From an archaeon (GTDB lineage: Archaea; SpSt-1190; DYHY01), in NCBI GenBank assembly GCA_037442745.1, contig JBBIPP010000004.1, forward strand, positions 1 to 64,000: a stretch of DNA of 64,000 nucleotides. Direction: 5' to 3'. Positions 29,731 through 39,212 of the stretch are shown here, piece by piece (position 1 is the first letter of the stretch; each line of letters begins with the position of its first letter). The notes under the pieces are model-generated. The model searched no databases and was not told where the DNA came from. It worked only from the letters and a program-made list of their open reading frames with translations. The translations under genes were made by a program, and so were the position numbers.

Positions 29731-31071
29731 TTATTTCTTCTCAGGTTCCCCGTCCTTTTTGGGAAGAACAACGTTTGAGAGGTCAACTAGAGCTCTTCCG
29801 GGGAACTCTACTCCCGCCCTGTCAATTCCGGAAAGGATTGCTGGGTCAAGGCTCTTGAAAACGAGCTGAATCAGTCCGGTTGTGACAATTGGTTTGAATG
29901 TGTTGTTCTCAAGGCTTGAAAAAAGGTTCTTCGATTCCGTCTTCTGGAACGCGCCCAGTTTCCCTTCAGTTATCTGGGAGATTAGAACAGTTTCCAAGTT
30001 CTTTCCGACATAGACTGCCGAGAAAATCGATTTCTCAAAGAGCCATGCATATCCCCGCTTGTCCTCCTTTCCGTATGTCCAGAAAATCTTCGGGGTTGTT
30101 TTTATTTTCTCCTTGACATCGTCCGCCCGTTTTTTCCCGTTCATAAGTTCCTTGACGTTAGTCTCCATATATGCGAGGAACTTGTCGCACTTTTTCTTCA
30201 CTTCAGCGACCTTGTCCGGGGACATGTCCTTTATTTCTCCGTGCTCAATTCCCTTGTGGAGCTTGATTATTTCATCAAGAATGTCCGGATATTCCGAAGG
30301 GAGCGTTCCGCTCTCAACGAAATATTTCCGCATTACTGGCGCAAGCTCAGGGACTTCTCCAGGAGGCATTCCGGATGCCATCAAATAGGCGTTCGCAGAC
30401 CAAGTTGCCGCCCTATACATCCTCTCAATTGCCCAGTTCATATAGTCAGTTACCTTGGTAAGGTATGATTTCGCTCCGTCAATGCTCTTGAAAATAGCTT
30501 CATTGGATGGCTTTATTGCTCCTGAAACGAGAAGCCTGTTCATTGGCTTGTAGAACCCTCCATCATAAACAGGAATTCCGGTTCGGAGATAGTTGAAGAA
30601 AAGGGCATCGCCGTTCCGTATATAGTCCCAGAATTCGGTAAGAGTATGGAGCTGGATATGTATTTCCTTGTCAATCTGGGTTCCCAACTCCTGCATCTGG
30701 TTATGGAGAGAGTCCCTGAGGGGCTGGTCAATTGGTTTGTCCGATTCAGTGTCGTCAATTATTACAAGAACGTCAATATCCGAGCCGACTGTATAGTTCC
30801 CGCGAGCGAACGAGCCGAAAACAACAACCGCTTTTACGTATTTCCCGAATTTTTCCCGAAGCTTTGCGGAATAGTCCTTTACTTTGTTCATTGCCCCTTT
30901 CAGAATTAATTGGCGCTTTTTTTTCGCTTTTTCAAGCTGGGCAGGACCAAGAGGTTTTTTTCCTCTCCCTGATTCAGGGTTTGTTTGGGCAATTACCTTG
31001 TTTTCCTCATTCTCCTTGGACGTGTTTGGAACATTATTTGCATTGGCGTTATTTTCAAAAGATTCTGCCAT
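29731..31071 (-). CDS. Nucleotidyltransferase (Pol-beta/MNT) plus HEPN-like domain protein with C-terminal extension
   Basis: VFGSFARG....SDIDVLVIIDD followed by a helical HEPN-like bundle (HKGIEH). Confidence 0.82.
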   Translation of the reverse strand: MAESFENNANANNVPNTSKENEENKVIAQTNPESGRGKKPLGPAQLEKAKKKRQLILKGAMNKVKDYSAKLREKFGKYVKAVVVFGSFARGNYTVGSDIDVLVIIDDTESDKPIDQPLRDSLHNQMQELGTQIDKEIHIQLHTLTEFWDYIRNGDALFFNYLRTGIPVYDGGFYKPMNRLLVSGAIKPSNEAIFKSIDGAKSYLTKVTDYMNWAIERMYRAATWSANAYLMASGMPPGEVPELAPVMRKYFVESGTLPSEYPDILDEIIKLHKGIEHGEIKDMSPDKVAEVKKKCDKFLAYMETNVKELMNGKKRADDVKEKIKTTPKIFWTYGKEDKRGYAWLFEKSIFSAVYVGKNLETVLISQITEGKLGAFQKTESKNLFSSLENNTFKPIVTTGLIQLVFKSLDPAILSGIDRAGVEFPGRALVDLSNVVLPKKDGEPEKK

Positions 31072-31240
31072 GATTTTCGCTTTTTTTCAAGCAAAAGGAC
31101 TATTAAAGGGTTTCTCACAAAATAGGTCTTTTTGACGGCCAGTTAGTTAATTTTTCACTTATTAGTAGCAATGTTTAAAAGGTTCGAGTGCCTAGTTAGT
31201 ATATCTCCCAAAACCAGACAATAGAAAAGAGGCGAATTGA

Positions 31241-32170
31241 ATGGCAAAAAAGGACGAGGCCGAAGAAAAGAAGCCAGATGTTTATTTTGATGTCCTGACT
31301 TCCTTGGTTTCCGCCCCCGATCAAGGCCACGCAATTCTAAGTAAACAATATAGGTTCGACCATGAAACCGGAGAACAGATTCCTAGCGAGCTAGTGTTAG
31401 CGGTTTCCAAATATATTGCGAAGAAGACTGGCGGTATCAAGGAAACAATTGAGAAAATTCTTCCGACCCTTTGGGGAGTGGAGTTCTACCAGCCAATAAT
31501 TGAGGGCGCTCTTGCGCTTCAGACCCCTGAGCTGAAACAATTCGTCAATTCAGATGGCGTTCTTGACCGGGAGAAAGTTGTAGCGTTCCTGGCAACTGAG
31601 CAAGAAGAGGGCGAGAAAGTCGGAGTGGAAGCATACAAATTGGCGGGGAAGATTGAGTCAGCCGTTTCTGAACGGAAGACGGAAATTGAGAATAAGATTG
31701 CTTCTTTCCTGAAACAATATAAGGAAGCTGCACAAAAAGGCTATTCGGAGCTTACAAAGCTAGAGAAAGACTCGCCCGAATACAAGGCGCTCGAAGCCCG
31801 GCTCGGTAAAATGGAGGCGAATGCAGATTCTTATTTGTCCAACCTCAGACGTTCAATTGAAGCTCTCCAAGGGAGCGAAACAAAAGATGGAATCGGGGCA
31901 ATGGAAGCGCGCTCAATAAAGTCTGTTGGAGAGGATATTATTGGCTCCGTAGTACGGGCAGGAAAAGCAAAATACGCCCTTGGAGAAACTGTTACATATG
32001 CCGACGTTCTCGGACTCGGGCGCGAGTTAAAAAACATAATGAAAGTCTCAAAGAACATGCTGGCTGAAGCCAAAGACAAGATGACCAGATATATGGACGA
32101 AGTAGTTTCCAAGGCGGACGCAGTTGTTGCGAATGCATCAAAATACAAGGCACCTGCCCTTGCTTATTAG
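31241..32170 (+). CDS. Hypothetical helical/coiled-coil protein
   Basis: 309-aa ORF rich in K/E/A, with an AT-rich promoter and a GAGG SD-like sequence. Confidence 0.75.
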   Translation: MAKKDEAEEKKPDVYFDVLTSLVSAPDQGHAILSKQYRFDHETGEQIPSELVLAVSKYIAKKTGGIKETIEKILPTLWGVEFYQPIIEGALALQTPELKQFVNSDGVLDREKVVAFLATEQEEGEKVGVEAYKLAGKIESAVSERKTEIENKIASFLKQYKEAAQKGYSELTKLEKDSPEYKALEARLGKMEANADSYLSNLRRSIEALQGSETKDGIGAMEARSIKSVGEDIIGSVVRAGKAKYALGETVTYADVLGLGRELKNIMKVSKNMLAEAKDKMTRYMDEVVSKADAVVANASKYKAPALAY

Positions 32171-32186
32171 ACAATATCCTCTTCGC

Positions 32187-33107
32187 TTATTTCTTGAGAG
32201 CAGAATCGCAGACCGCGCCCATACTCTCGACCAATTTCCAGACGGAATCCTTCCAATAGCGGAGCTCTTCTGGCGAGACTTCCATTTTCTGGCGATGGAC
32301 AATTGATTTCATCAGGTCAAAGATGCCTTTGTAAGTCTTCCTGTCCTCTTCAGTCCCGATTCCCGTTCTCTCCATTTCTTCAGAAATCTTGTCCGGGCTT
32401 GCAGGTGTCGAGCCTTTGGTCATCAGGGCGGAATGGGTTACCTCCACCGCCGCCCAATAGAGGCTTGTTGCGGCAACAGTTGTTGCGTTCGAATAGTCGT
32501 TCATATGGTAGAGCGCCCTGTTCCGGCCGAGCTCAATTGCCTCGTCAGTCGGCCTGATTTTTCCGTGCTTTAGGAGGAGCTTCATTGGGGCGAAGAAACC
32601 GGCGTCAACAATTGGAAGCCCGGTCCTCAGAATGTTTATTATCAATGGGTCCCCTCTTCTGACAGTGTCGAAGAACTCCGAAAGCGAGACTGTCGTAACA
32701 TGGAATTTCAGGGCAGATCCCTCTTTTCTTAAAATAGTCTCAAGCTCCCTGTTGTAGAATGCTATTATTTCCGGAGTGAGCTCAACCGAAGCATCGTCCA
32801 AAATTACCATTATGTCAATATCGCTTTTCTCGTTAATGTTCCCCCGGGCGAACGAGCCGAAAACTGCAATGCTCTTGATTAGTGAGCCGAACTCCTTTAC
32901 AACCTTGAGGGAAAAGTCGTAGACAAGAGTTATCTCTTTCAATGCAACGTGCCGGAGGCCTTCTTCCGTTTTATGGGAGTCAAAGACGCTTTGCCTGTTG
33001 ATTGCGTTCGGGATGTCGAAGGTCTTTTCGCCCGTTTTAACCTTGACAATTGTTGGAGTTTTCTTTTTCTTCGCGGGTTTCCTTGATTTCGGTTTGTTTT
33101 TTGCCAT
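32187..33107 (-). CDS. Nucleotidyltransferase plus HEPN-like domain protein (paralogue of 29731..31071)
   Basis: VFGSFARG....SDIDIMVILDD, LSEF...R.GD....N.LRTG.P..D.GF..PM..LL..G.I.P, MKSIVH. Confidence 0.82.
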   Translation of the reverse strand: MAKNKPKSRKPAKKKKTPTIVKVKTGEKTFDIPNAINRQSVFDSHKTEEGLRHVALKEITLVYDFSLKVVKEFGSLIKSIAVFGSFARGNINEKSDIDIMVILDDASVELTPEIIAFYNRELETILRKEGSALKFHVTTVSLSEFFDTVRRGDPLIINILRTGLPIVDAGFFAPMKLLLKHGKIRPTDEAIELGRNRALYHMNDYSNATTVAATSLYWAAVEVTHSALMTKGSTPASPDKISEEMERTGIGTEEDRKTYKGIFDLMKSIVHRQKMEVSPEELRYWKDSVWKLVESMGAVCDSALKK

Positions 33108-33591
33108 TTTGACGAATTGCCTGCACCCACTATGTCAATTTGCTTAATATCCTTTTTCATTGGAGGCGGTGTTTTCGCAGGCAATCTGGTTGTTTGTTAA
33201 AAACTTTTTTTAAGCAATTTTCACCAATTTTCTAAACCTTTTTTGAATTGTTAATTAATGGGCGACGGCGATTTGGGGGATTATTGCTGGGACTAGGGAT
33301 ATTGATGAGGCGCCTAATTGACACGAAGAGGAGCGGGAGCTTAGCCAGTCGAACACAAGAAAAGGACGCCTGAGGAAGCAGACATATTAACCGGAACAGG
33401 AGTATGAATCCTCTGTCAAAAGAGACACTAATGAAGAAGTGAAATTTACTGGCGGACCATATACGCTTGCCGAAAATTGTGCACGGAAAAGATATTCATA
33501 TTTGCTTGACCTAGTAGAAACTCTGAAACTGGAATCGGCGGATTTGACCAGATAACCGCCCTAACCTGATACATTCCTTACGATTAGGCGC

Positions 33592-35679
33592 TCATTCTTT
33601 GTTCTTCATGCTGTATGTAAATGGCTGGCTCCCTCCCCAGATGTTTGTTCCGGGCATTTGGTGGGAAATTCCTCCCTGGTAGAGAGATGGCGATGCTAGC
33701 GTGCTGTAAGTCGCTCTGAATGGCTGAGCAAGCGATGGTCCGAACGAATAAAGGCTCTTTGAAATCATTCCGCTGTTCTGTGCCGCAAATGATGCGAAAT
33801 AGCTTCCGCCCGGGCTTCCTCCATATGCGGGGGTCGGAACGCCCGCATATCCGAGCTTTCTGATTAATTCCTCTTCCGCCCCTCCCTTGACTCCCGGCAT
33901 ATTCACTGCCTGCAACGTGTCCAATGGAGCTCCCAAAAGAAGGGTTTCTATTCCGCCTTCAACATCCTTGATTCCCCCGCTCCCGGGCTCGAATGTCAAC
34001 GGAACTCCCATTTCAACAAGCTTCTGGAGGAGTTCGGGGTTCTTCCTTGCAACATCGTCCTCAATTGAGCCGAACCCCTTGTGCCCGAAAATTGATGCAG
34101 TGGAACCTCCCCCGACAAGATGGACATGGCCAATCATACCTTCCTTGCCCATTTCCTTCAGTTCTTTGAGGAATTTTGTCGGGTCAGTCTGGCTTCCGAT
34201 TGCAGCATGCTCGGTGTCGAACGTCATTTTGATGTGCTCTTCAGGGATTCCGTGCTTTTTGGCAACTTCCCTGAGAGCCTCTACCGCCTTTGCCATGTGC
34301 TCGGCTTTGTTGAAATATCCGGCAGCGTCAAGGACACCTGCCTCTGGATTCACGCCCCAGAGGTTCTCTGCTGAGAGGACAATTCCGTGCTTGGTCAGGT
34401 TCTCAAGGACTTCTTTGTTCCTGAAAACGTCGTCGAAGGTCTCCTTAAGGTTGTTCACCCACGATTCAGTTGCTCTTTTCGCGTCGGGAGCGGACGATAC
34501 TCCTGTGAGGTCAATCTGCCTGTTTAAGGTCATTGCAATTGCGAAATTCATCCTTCTTGCAGCTTCTTGGCCAGCTCCGCTTGTTTTGAAGTTCTCTTTG
34601 TATGCTTCCCAGGCTTTTTTGTCCCCTCCGAACTGGGATTCGGATGCCATAAAAAGGTCCCTGTTAGGGTCGCCCATCCCGTCATATTCGAATTTTGAGT
34701 CAATAGTTGAGCCGTCCTTGTTTATCCGGCCCCCGGTTGCCATTGTCGCTACCTGCCATTTGGATTCCTTTCCGCGCTCGAGATCCTTGAGAGTTTCATC
34801 AACATCCCTGTTCTTGGCAAGCTCTTTTGCGTTCGCAATGAATCGCTCGAATTCCTCCTTGCTTGCGAGCTGTTGGAAGAAGGCAGACGCGCCCCTTCTC
34901 ACGTTGTCGTTCGCGCTGGTTATGTAGGAGTTGGCGGCTGCAATTGCCTCCTGGCGTATTTTCTCGTCGTTTCTCTCGCCCTTGTTTATAAGCTCAATTG
35001 CTTTTTTCAGGGCGTCAGTCCTTGCGCCCGTTGCCCCGAATTCCTGGGAATACATTGGGGCGGAAGCTGCATAGTGCTGGGTGAATTGCATTGACTGGGC
35101 GTTATACATTATCCCGGCTTCAGTCTGGAGCTTTTCGTAAATTGGGGAATCTTTGCTTATCCCGTTCCTCTCGCACCATTTCGTGAATTCTGTCTTGTCC
35201 CGCATCATCAGGTGGGCCTGGACAGGGGTCGCCTGCCATGTGAACGGGTCCAAAAATGACGCACCTGAAAGATTTGCTGTCGGGTGAAATGTGACATATT
35301 TAGCGCCCATTTCTTTCGCATATTTTATTGACTGCCTCATTATTTCCGCTGCTTCGATTCTTTGTCCCCAGGACTGACTTGAGAAATCGACTTGGTAGGG
35401 CGCGTGCACCGAGAACTGGGCTCCGAATTCCGCCGCAATCTGCTTTGTTATCCTTTTCTGGGCTTCTGGAATCTGGCCGGGAAGGATTTTCTTGTTATAT
35501 GCGTCTGCGAGGTCGAGCTCAACCCTTGTTAGCCCCCGTTCAAACGTCTGCCGAAGGCGCTCTCCCATTGGGAGGTTTTCCCAGCCTCCTCCAGTGGGAA
35601 GCGAGGTTCCCCTCTTTCCGATAAAAGGAAGAGAGCCTACGTTCTTTTCAGCAGTCATTTTTCTCAATATTTCCAACAT
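33592..35679 (-). CDS. AP-endonuclease-2 / xylose-isomerase-like TIM barrel with large helical insertion
   Basis: Metal-ligand motifs VEL, SVHAP, TFHP, SAEN, TFDTEH, HVHL, GH, TFE; roughly 300 aa lie between TFHP and SAEN. Confidence 0.8.
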   Translation of the reverse strand: MLEILRKMTAEKNVGSLPFIGKRGTSLPTGGGWENLPMGERLRQTFERGLTRVELDLADAYNKKILPGQIPEAQKRITKQIAAEFGAQFSVHAPYQVDFSSQSWGQRIEAAEIMRQSIKYAKEMGAKYVTFHPTANLSGASFLDPFTWQATPVQAHLMMRDKTEFTKWCERNGISKDSPIYEKLQTEAGIMYNAQSMQFTQHYAASAPMYSQEFGATGARTDALKKAIELINKGERNDEKIRQEAIAAANSYITSANDNVRRGASAFFQQLASKEEFERFIANAKELAKNRDVDETLKDLERGKESKWQVATMATGGRINKDGSTIDSKFEYDGMGDPNRDLFMASESQFGGDKKAWEAYKENFKTSGAGQEAARRMNFAIAMTLNRQIDLTGVSSAPDAKRATESWVNNLKETFDDVFRNKEVLENLTKHGIVLSAENLWGVNPEAGVLDAAGYFNKAEHMAKAVEALREVAKKHGIPEEHIKMTFDTEHAAIGSQTDPTKFLKELKEMGKEGMIGHVHLVGGGSTASIFGHKGFGSIEDDVARKNPELLQKLVEMGVPLTFEPGSGGIKDVEGGIETLLLGAPLDTLQAVNMPGVKGGAEEELIRKLGYAGVPTPAYGGSPGGSYFASFAAQNSGMISKSLYSFGPSLAQPFRATYSTLASPSLYQGGISHQMPGTNIWGGSQPFTYSMKNKE

Positions 35680-35723
35680 CCCCTATATTTTAACCCTTTC
35701 CACGGGGAGAGAGAAAATTTTCC

Positions 35724-36368
35724 CTAAAAATTGGAATAGTTGCCCCTTTTCTCTTCGTCCTCGTCAGACCGCCCAAGGAGGCGCTTGACAACAGTTTCAG
35801 CGCTAGTGTCAGTTCCGAACCGCACTTTTGCATAGTCGGGAGAATTCCCCCCGCCCGAATAGAGCCCGGACACCGCATCCCCGACAGAGGCATATGGATT
35901 GTCGCTTTTCATCTCATCGCTTTGCCTGTATCCTGAGAAAATCGTAGCAGTCTGAAGCTCGGCTTTCTGGGGATGCTCAATTGCCTGTGTTGGCTCGTTC
36001 ATCACTGGGGAATATTTCCTGATTATTTCTCCCACAACCCCCTCCATTCCCTTCGGAGCCTGGGACATCAGGGCCTTTAATTTTTCAGAGCGGTTCTTCT
36101 CCCCACTCGCAAGAATTTCCCGAATCCGGAGGAAAATGAGATTTCTCATCCTTTCATCCTGGTCGTTCTCCCGCTCCTCTTCCTCTGTTGCTTTTGAAAT
36201 GTCAGGGGAGAATATTTCGGATTGGTCAAGTTCTTTTTGCCTTTTTTTAATCCAGTCCGAGGAAGTTTTTTCCTCAAAATCCCCAAGGCTCCTCTCAAGC
36301 TCGTCTAATGCAAAAAGCTCGCGCTCCTTTTTCTGGCCGGGCTTTTTATTTTCGTCGCTTGAAGGCAT
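35724..36368 (-). CDS. Hypothetical charged protein
   Basis: 214-aa ATG ORF upstream of and co-oriented with the TIM-barrel gene. Confidence 0.7.
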   Translation of the reverse strand: MPSSDENKKPGQKKERELFALDELERSLGDFEEKTSSDWIKKRQKELDQSEIFSPDISKATEEEERENDQDERMRNLIFLRIREILASGEKNRSEKLKALMSQAPKGMEGVVGEIIRKYSPVMNEPTQAIEHPQKAELQTATIFSGYRQSDEMKSDNPYASVGDAVSGLYSGGGNSPDYAKVRFGTDTSAETVVKRLLGRSDEDEEKRGNYSNF

Positions 36369-36411
36369 TATCGAGCCCTATTAGGGCAAACTCCCTTATT
36401 ATTCCTCCGTT

Positions 36412-36426
36412 GAAAAGTTTTATAAA
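36412..36426 (+). promoter_or_regulatory. BRE-TATA promoter of 5S rRNA
   Basis: GAAAAGTTTTATAAA about 21 nt upstream of the 5S start. Confidence 0.65.
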
Positions 36427-36446
36427 CACTTGAAACGCATCCCAAA

Positions 36447-36564
36447 TGTCAGCGGCCAAAGGTTCCGGGCAAGACCCGTTCCCATCCCGAACACGGAAGT
36501 GAATCCGGAACGCGAATGTGGCTGTACTGCCCTTTGTGGCGGGAACCCACGTGCGTTGCTGACA
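36447..36564 (+). rRNA. rrf: 5S rRNA (unlinked)
   Basis: GCGGCCA..., ACCCGTTCCCATCCCGAACACGGAAGTGAA core; terminal helix TGTCAGC/GCTGACA. Confidence 0.92.
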
Positions 36565-36858
36565 CTAAACCAGCTTCTCCTTTTTCAAAAAGTCCGTTTA
36601 CGGGTCAAAAGAAAAATATGTGGGTTTTTCAAACCAGCGATTCTGCATTGTTATTGAATTGCTTTTTGTGGCGGCCGAGCCATCGGGCGAGGTCCGTACA
36701 GCAGTACGGAAAACCCACGTGCGTTGCTGACACTAAACCAGCTTCTCCTTTTTCAAAAAGTCCGTTTACGGGTCAAAAGAAAAATATGTGGGTTTTTCAA
36801 ACCAGCGATTCTGCATTGTTATTGAATTGCTTTTTGTGGCGGCCGAGCCATCGGGCGA
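36544..36858 (+). repeat. Perfect 147-bp direct repeat (period 168) including the 5S 3' end
   Basis: 36544-36690 equals 36712-36858; the 21-nt spacer contains the hairpin CCGTAC-AGCA-GTACGG. Confidence 0.92.
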
Positions 36859-36893
36859 AATTTTGAAAAAGAGAGTGCTTATTTTTCTTGCAT

Positions 36894-37728
36894 ATGAGTT
36901 TTACTTCATTTATTAAAGAGCCCGATGTAAAGGCGCATTTTTTCAAGACGTTTCCTCTTCCCGATGTTGATACTCCTTCTGAAGTAATGGCTCCTCCAGT
37001 AACTGCCAATTATAGTTCAGTAGGCACGCTTTTGACTATTTGTTAGGGTTTTATGTAAAAAGGAAAAATCCATCAGCCAAAACGCGTGAATTGGTTGCCG
37101 AGTCCGCAATATCTAGAATAGAGGATGTTCAGTTAAAGTCAAAGTTGGCGAAGCGCATTGCCGAAGCTAAAAAACTTATTTGGATTATTTGAAAGAAGGG
37201 CGTCTCTCTGAACCAATCATACGCACCGCGATATATCTTGCAAAAATAGATCCTATATATAGGGCGAATTATATTGACTCGAAATTGGATTCTATAGATG
37301 CTGGAGATGTCCAAGATTTAAAGAACCTAATTAATCTTGTCGCGGAAAGCCAATTCAGTTCAAAGAAACTATGTGTGCTAAATCCGACATTCGGAAACGC
37401 CTCCAATTTGGTGGATGGCGCGGATGCAGATTTGATAATTGACTCGAATCTCATCGATATAAAGACAACGAAATTTATTCTACTGAATGAGCAAGATTAT
37501 CATCAGCTGATAGGTTATTGCATTCTTTCAAATATCAGCGACGTTGATGGGGTAGGCAAAGTGAAAATAGATAGGCCGTCACTATACTTCTCTCGGGGCG
37601 GAACTTTTCTCTCTTTAAACGCGCGAACTTCAAAATCATTTATTTTGCATATTTCAAACAAAGAGTTCCGTGAGTTTGTCAAGTGGTTTGTTCATAGAGC
37701 GTCTAACCCGCCACAGTCGCGTCCTTGA
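36894..37728 (+). pseudogene. AT-rich PD-(D/E)XK nuclease-like gene with two frameshifts
   Basis: MSFTSFIK...NYSSVGT/(A)FDYLL...; C-terminal LNPTFG..ADADLI...LIDIKTTK...QL..Y; shifts near 37027 and 37177. Confidence 0.65.
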
Positions 37729-37773
37729 TTTTACTCAAAAGGTTATTAAACCTCAAAATATGCCTCAATTGCA

Positions 37774-38064
37774 ATGGCAGGAAACGACGGGAAAATAAAG
37801 GCAAGCCACATATTGGTAGAAAAGCAGAGCAAGGCGCTCGAAATTCTGGGAATAATAAAGAACAAGCAAAAGACCTTCGAGCAGGCGGCGCAGGAATTCT
37901 CAAACTGCCCTTCGAAGAAGAGGGGCGGTGACTTGGGCTTTTTCGGAAGGGGTCAGATGGTAAAGGAATTCGATGAGGCAGCACGCATGCTACAAATAGG
38001 GCAGATAACGGAGCAACCCGTAAAGACCAGGTTTGGTTATCATCTGATAAAAAGAACGGCATAA
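37774..38064 (+). CDS. ppiC: Parvulin-type peptidyl-prolyl isomerase
   Basis: ASHILV, S.CPS..RGGDLG.F.RGQMVKEF, PVKT.FGYHLI. Confidence 0.95.
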   Translation: MAGNDGKIKASHILVEKQSKALEILGIIKNKQKTFEQAAQEFSNCPSKKRGGDLGFFGRGQMVKEFDEAARMLQIGQITEQPVKTRFGYHLIKRTA

Positions 38065-38186
38065 GTAAAAAATTGGCTCTTTTTTGGGCTCATCTTTTAT
38101 TTTTCCTTATCTTATTACCTTTGGTAGGCCATTGTACTTAAAGTTTATATACTACTTAAAAGTAAATATAAACTAAGGCGAGTAAA

Positions 38187-38489
38187 ATGGTAACTGAACT
38201 TGTGCTGGGGGACAAACTGGTGGAATTCGAGGTTGGTTCAATTTCGGTTACGGAGGAGGAATTGCCTGACGGATTCAGGATTCACGAGGAAGGAAACACT
38301 CTGGGAGTCGACATTGAAAAGCACGGGGAAAAATTAAGATACACGACCCATTCCTGGGACGGGATAAAATTGAAGCTTGCAAAGGATATTGTGGAAAGCG
38401 AGATTTTTTCAGCAGAACTCCGCCACAATTTCGCGGGTATTGGAAAGCGCTTGGCGGAAGAATTGGGTGAAATAGACTCTGCAACCTAA
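38187..38489 (+). CDS. Hypothetical protein
   Basis: 100-aa ATG ORF downstream of an AT-rich TATA region. Confidence 0.6.
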   Translation: MVTELVLGDKLVEFEVGSISVTEEELPDGFRIHEEGNTLGVDIEKHGEKLRYTTHSWDGIKLKLAKDIVESEIFSAELRHNFAGIGKRLAEELGEIDSAT

Positions 38490-38525
38490 CTATTTTAATC
38501 CGAACAGGCATTGATTTCTTCCCTG

Positions 38526-39212
38526 ATGGATTGCTCAATAGTAATTCCAGCCAAAAACGAAGGAGCGAATCTGTCGGCTCTTTTGCCAGTTCTTCGGGAG
38601 AGCTTCCCGGATGCGAATATATTTGTTGTCTGCCCATTGTCCGAGGTTCGCCCCCTCTCGAAAAAATTTCCATGGACGAAAATAATTCCATGCGACTCCG
38701 GATTCGGCCCCTCTGTCCTTTTGGGTCTTTCCAAATGCAAACATTTTCCGGCAATCGTCCTAGATGCTGACTTGTCCCATTCCCCCATTGATGCTGGCGG
38801 ACTGTTGCGGTTTTTCCGGAAAAAAAAGCTGGACATTGCAATTGGCTCCAGATACTGCCCCGGGGGGAAAATCTCCGGATGGAGCCATTTCAGGAAGTTC
38901 CTCTCGGAATCCGCGAACTCGTTCTCGAAAAAGCTTCTCAAGTCGGGTGTTTCCGACCTGACATCTGGCTTCCGGATATATTCAAGGAAAGCAGTTAATC
39001 GGCTTGTTCCTGCTGACAGAAAAAAGAGTTTCCCGATTGATGCCTATCCATTCCAGCTAGCTTCCCTCGCATTCCTTGAGCGGGGCGGGTTCAGAATAGG
39101 AGAATTCCCGATTGAATTCCGGGAGAGGATGTCCGGAACCTCGAAAACATTTTCCCTTCGGGCTCTCGCGTTGTTCTTCAAAAATCTTGTTTCCCTTGCG
39201 AGGAACCCCTAA
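38526..39212 (+). CDS. GT2 polyprenol-phosphate glycosyltransferase (Dpm1-like)
   Basis: SIVIPAKNE, DADLSH, IGSRY..GG, DLTSGFR, EFPIEFRER..G.SK. Confidence 0.88.
   Translation: MDCSIVIPAKNEGANLSALLPVLRESFPDANIFVVCPLSEVRPLSKKFPWTKIIPCDSGFGPSVLLGLSKCKHFPAIVLDADLSHSPIDAGGLLRFFRKKKLDIAIGSRYCPGGKISGWSHFRKFLSESANSFSKKLLKSGVSDLTSGFRIYSRKAVNRLVPADRKKSFPIDAYPFQLASLAFLERGGFRIGEFPIEFRERMSGTSKTFSLRALALFFKNLVSLARNP

Noticed and set aside
33258-33555. Possible small gene between the NTase and the TIM barrel
   Set aside because: The frame is interrupted by several stops and has no motif; at most an unidentifiable remnant
33887-34927. 346-aa plus-strand ORF and many similar long antisense ORFs in the track
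   Set aside because: They are shadows of motif-bearing genes on the opposite strand and have atypical S/F/P-rich composition
36430-36866. ORFs 36430..36657 and 36516..36866 with an internal peptide repeat
   Set aside because: They overlap the 5S rRNA and simply translate the 147-bp DNA duplication
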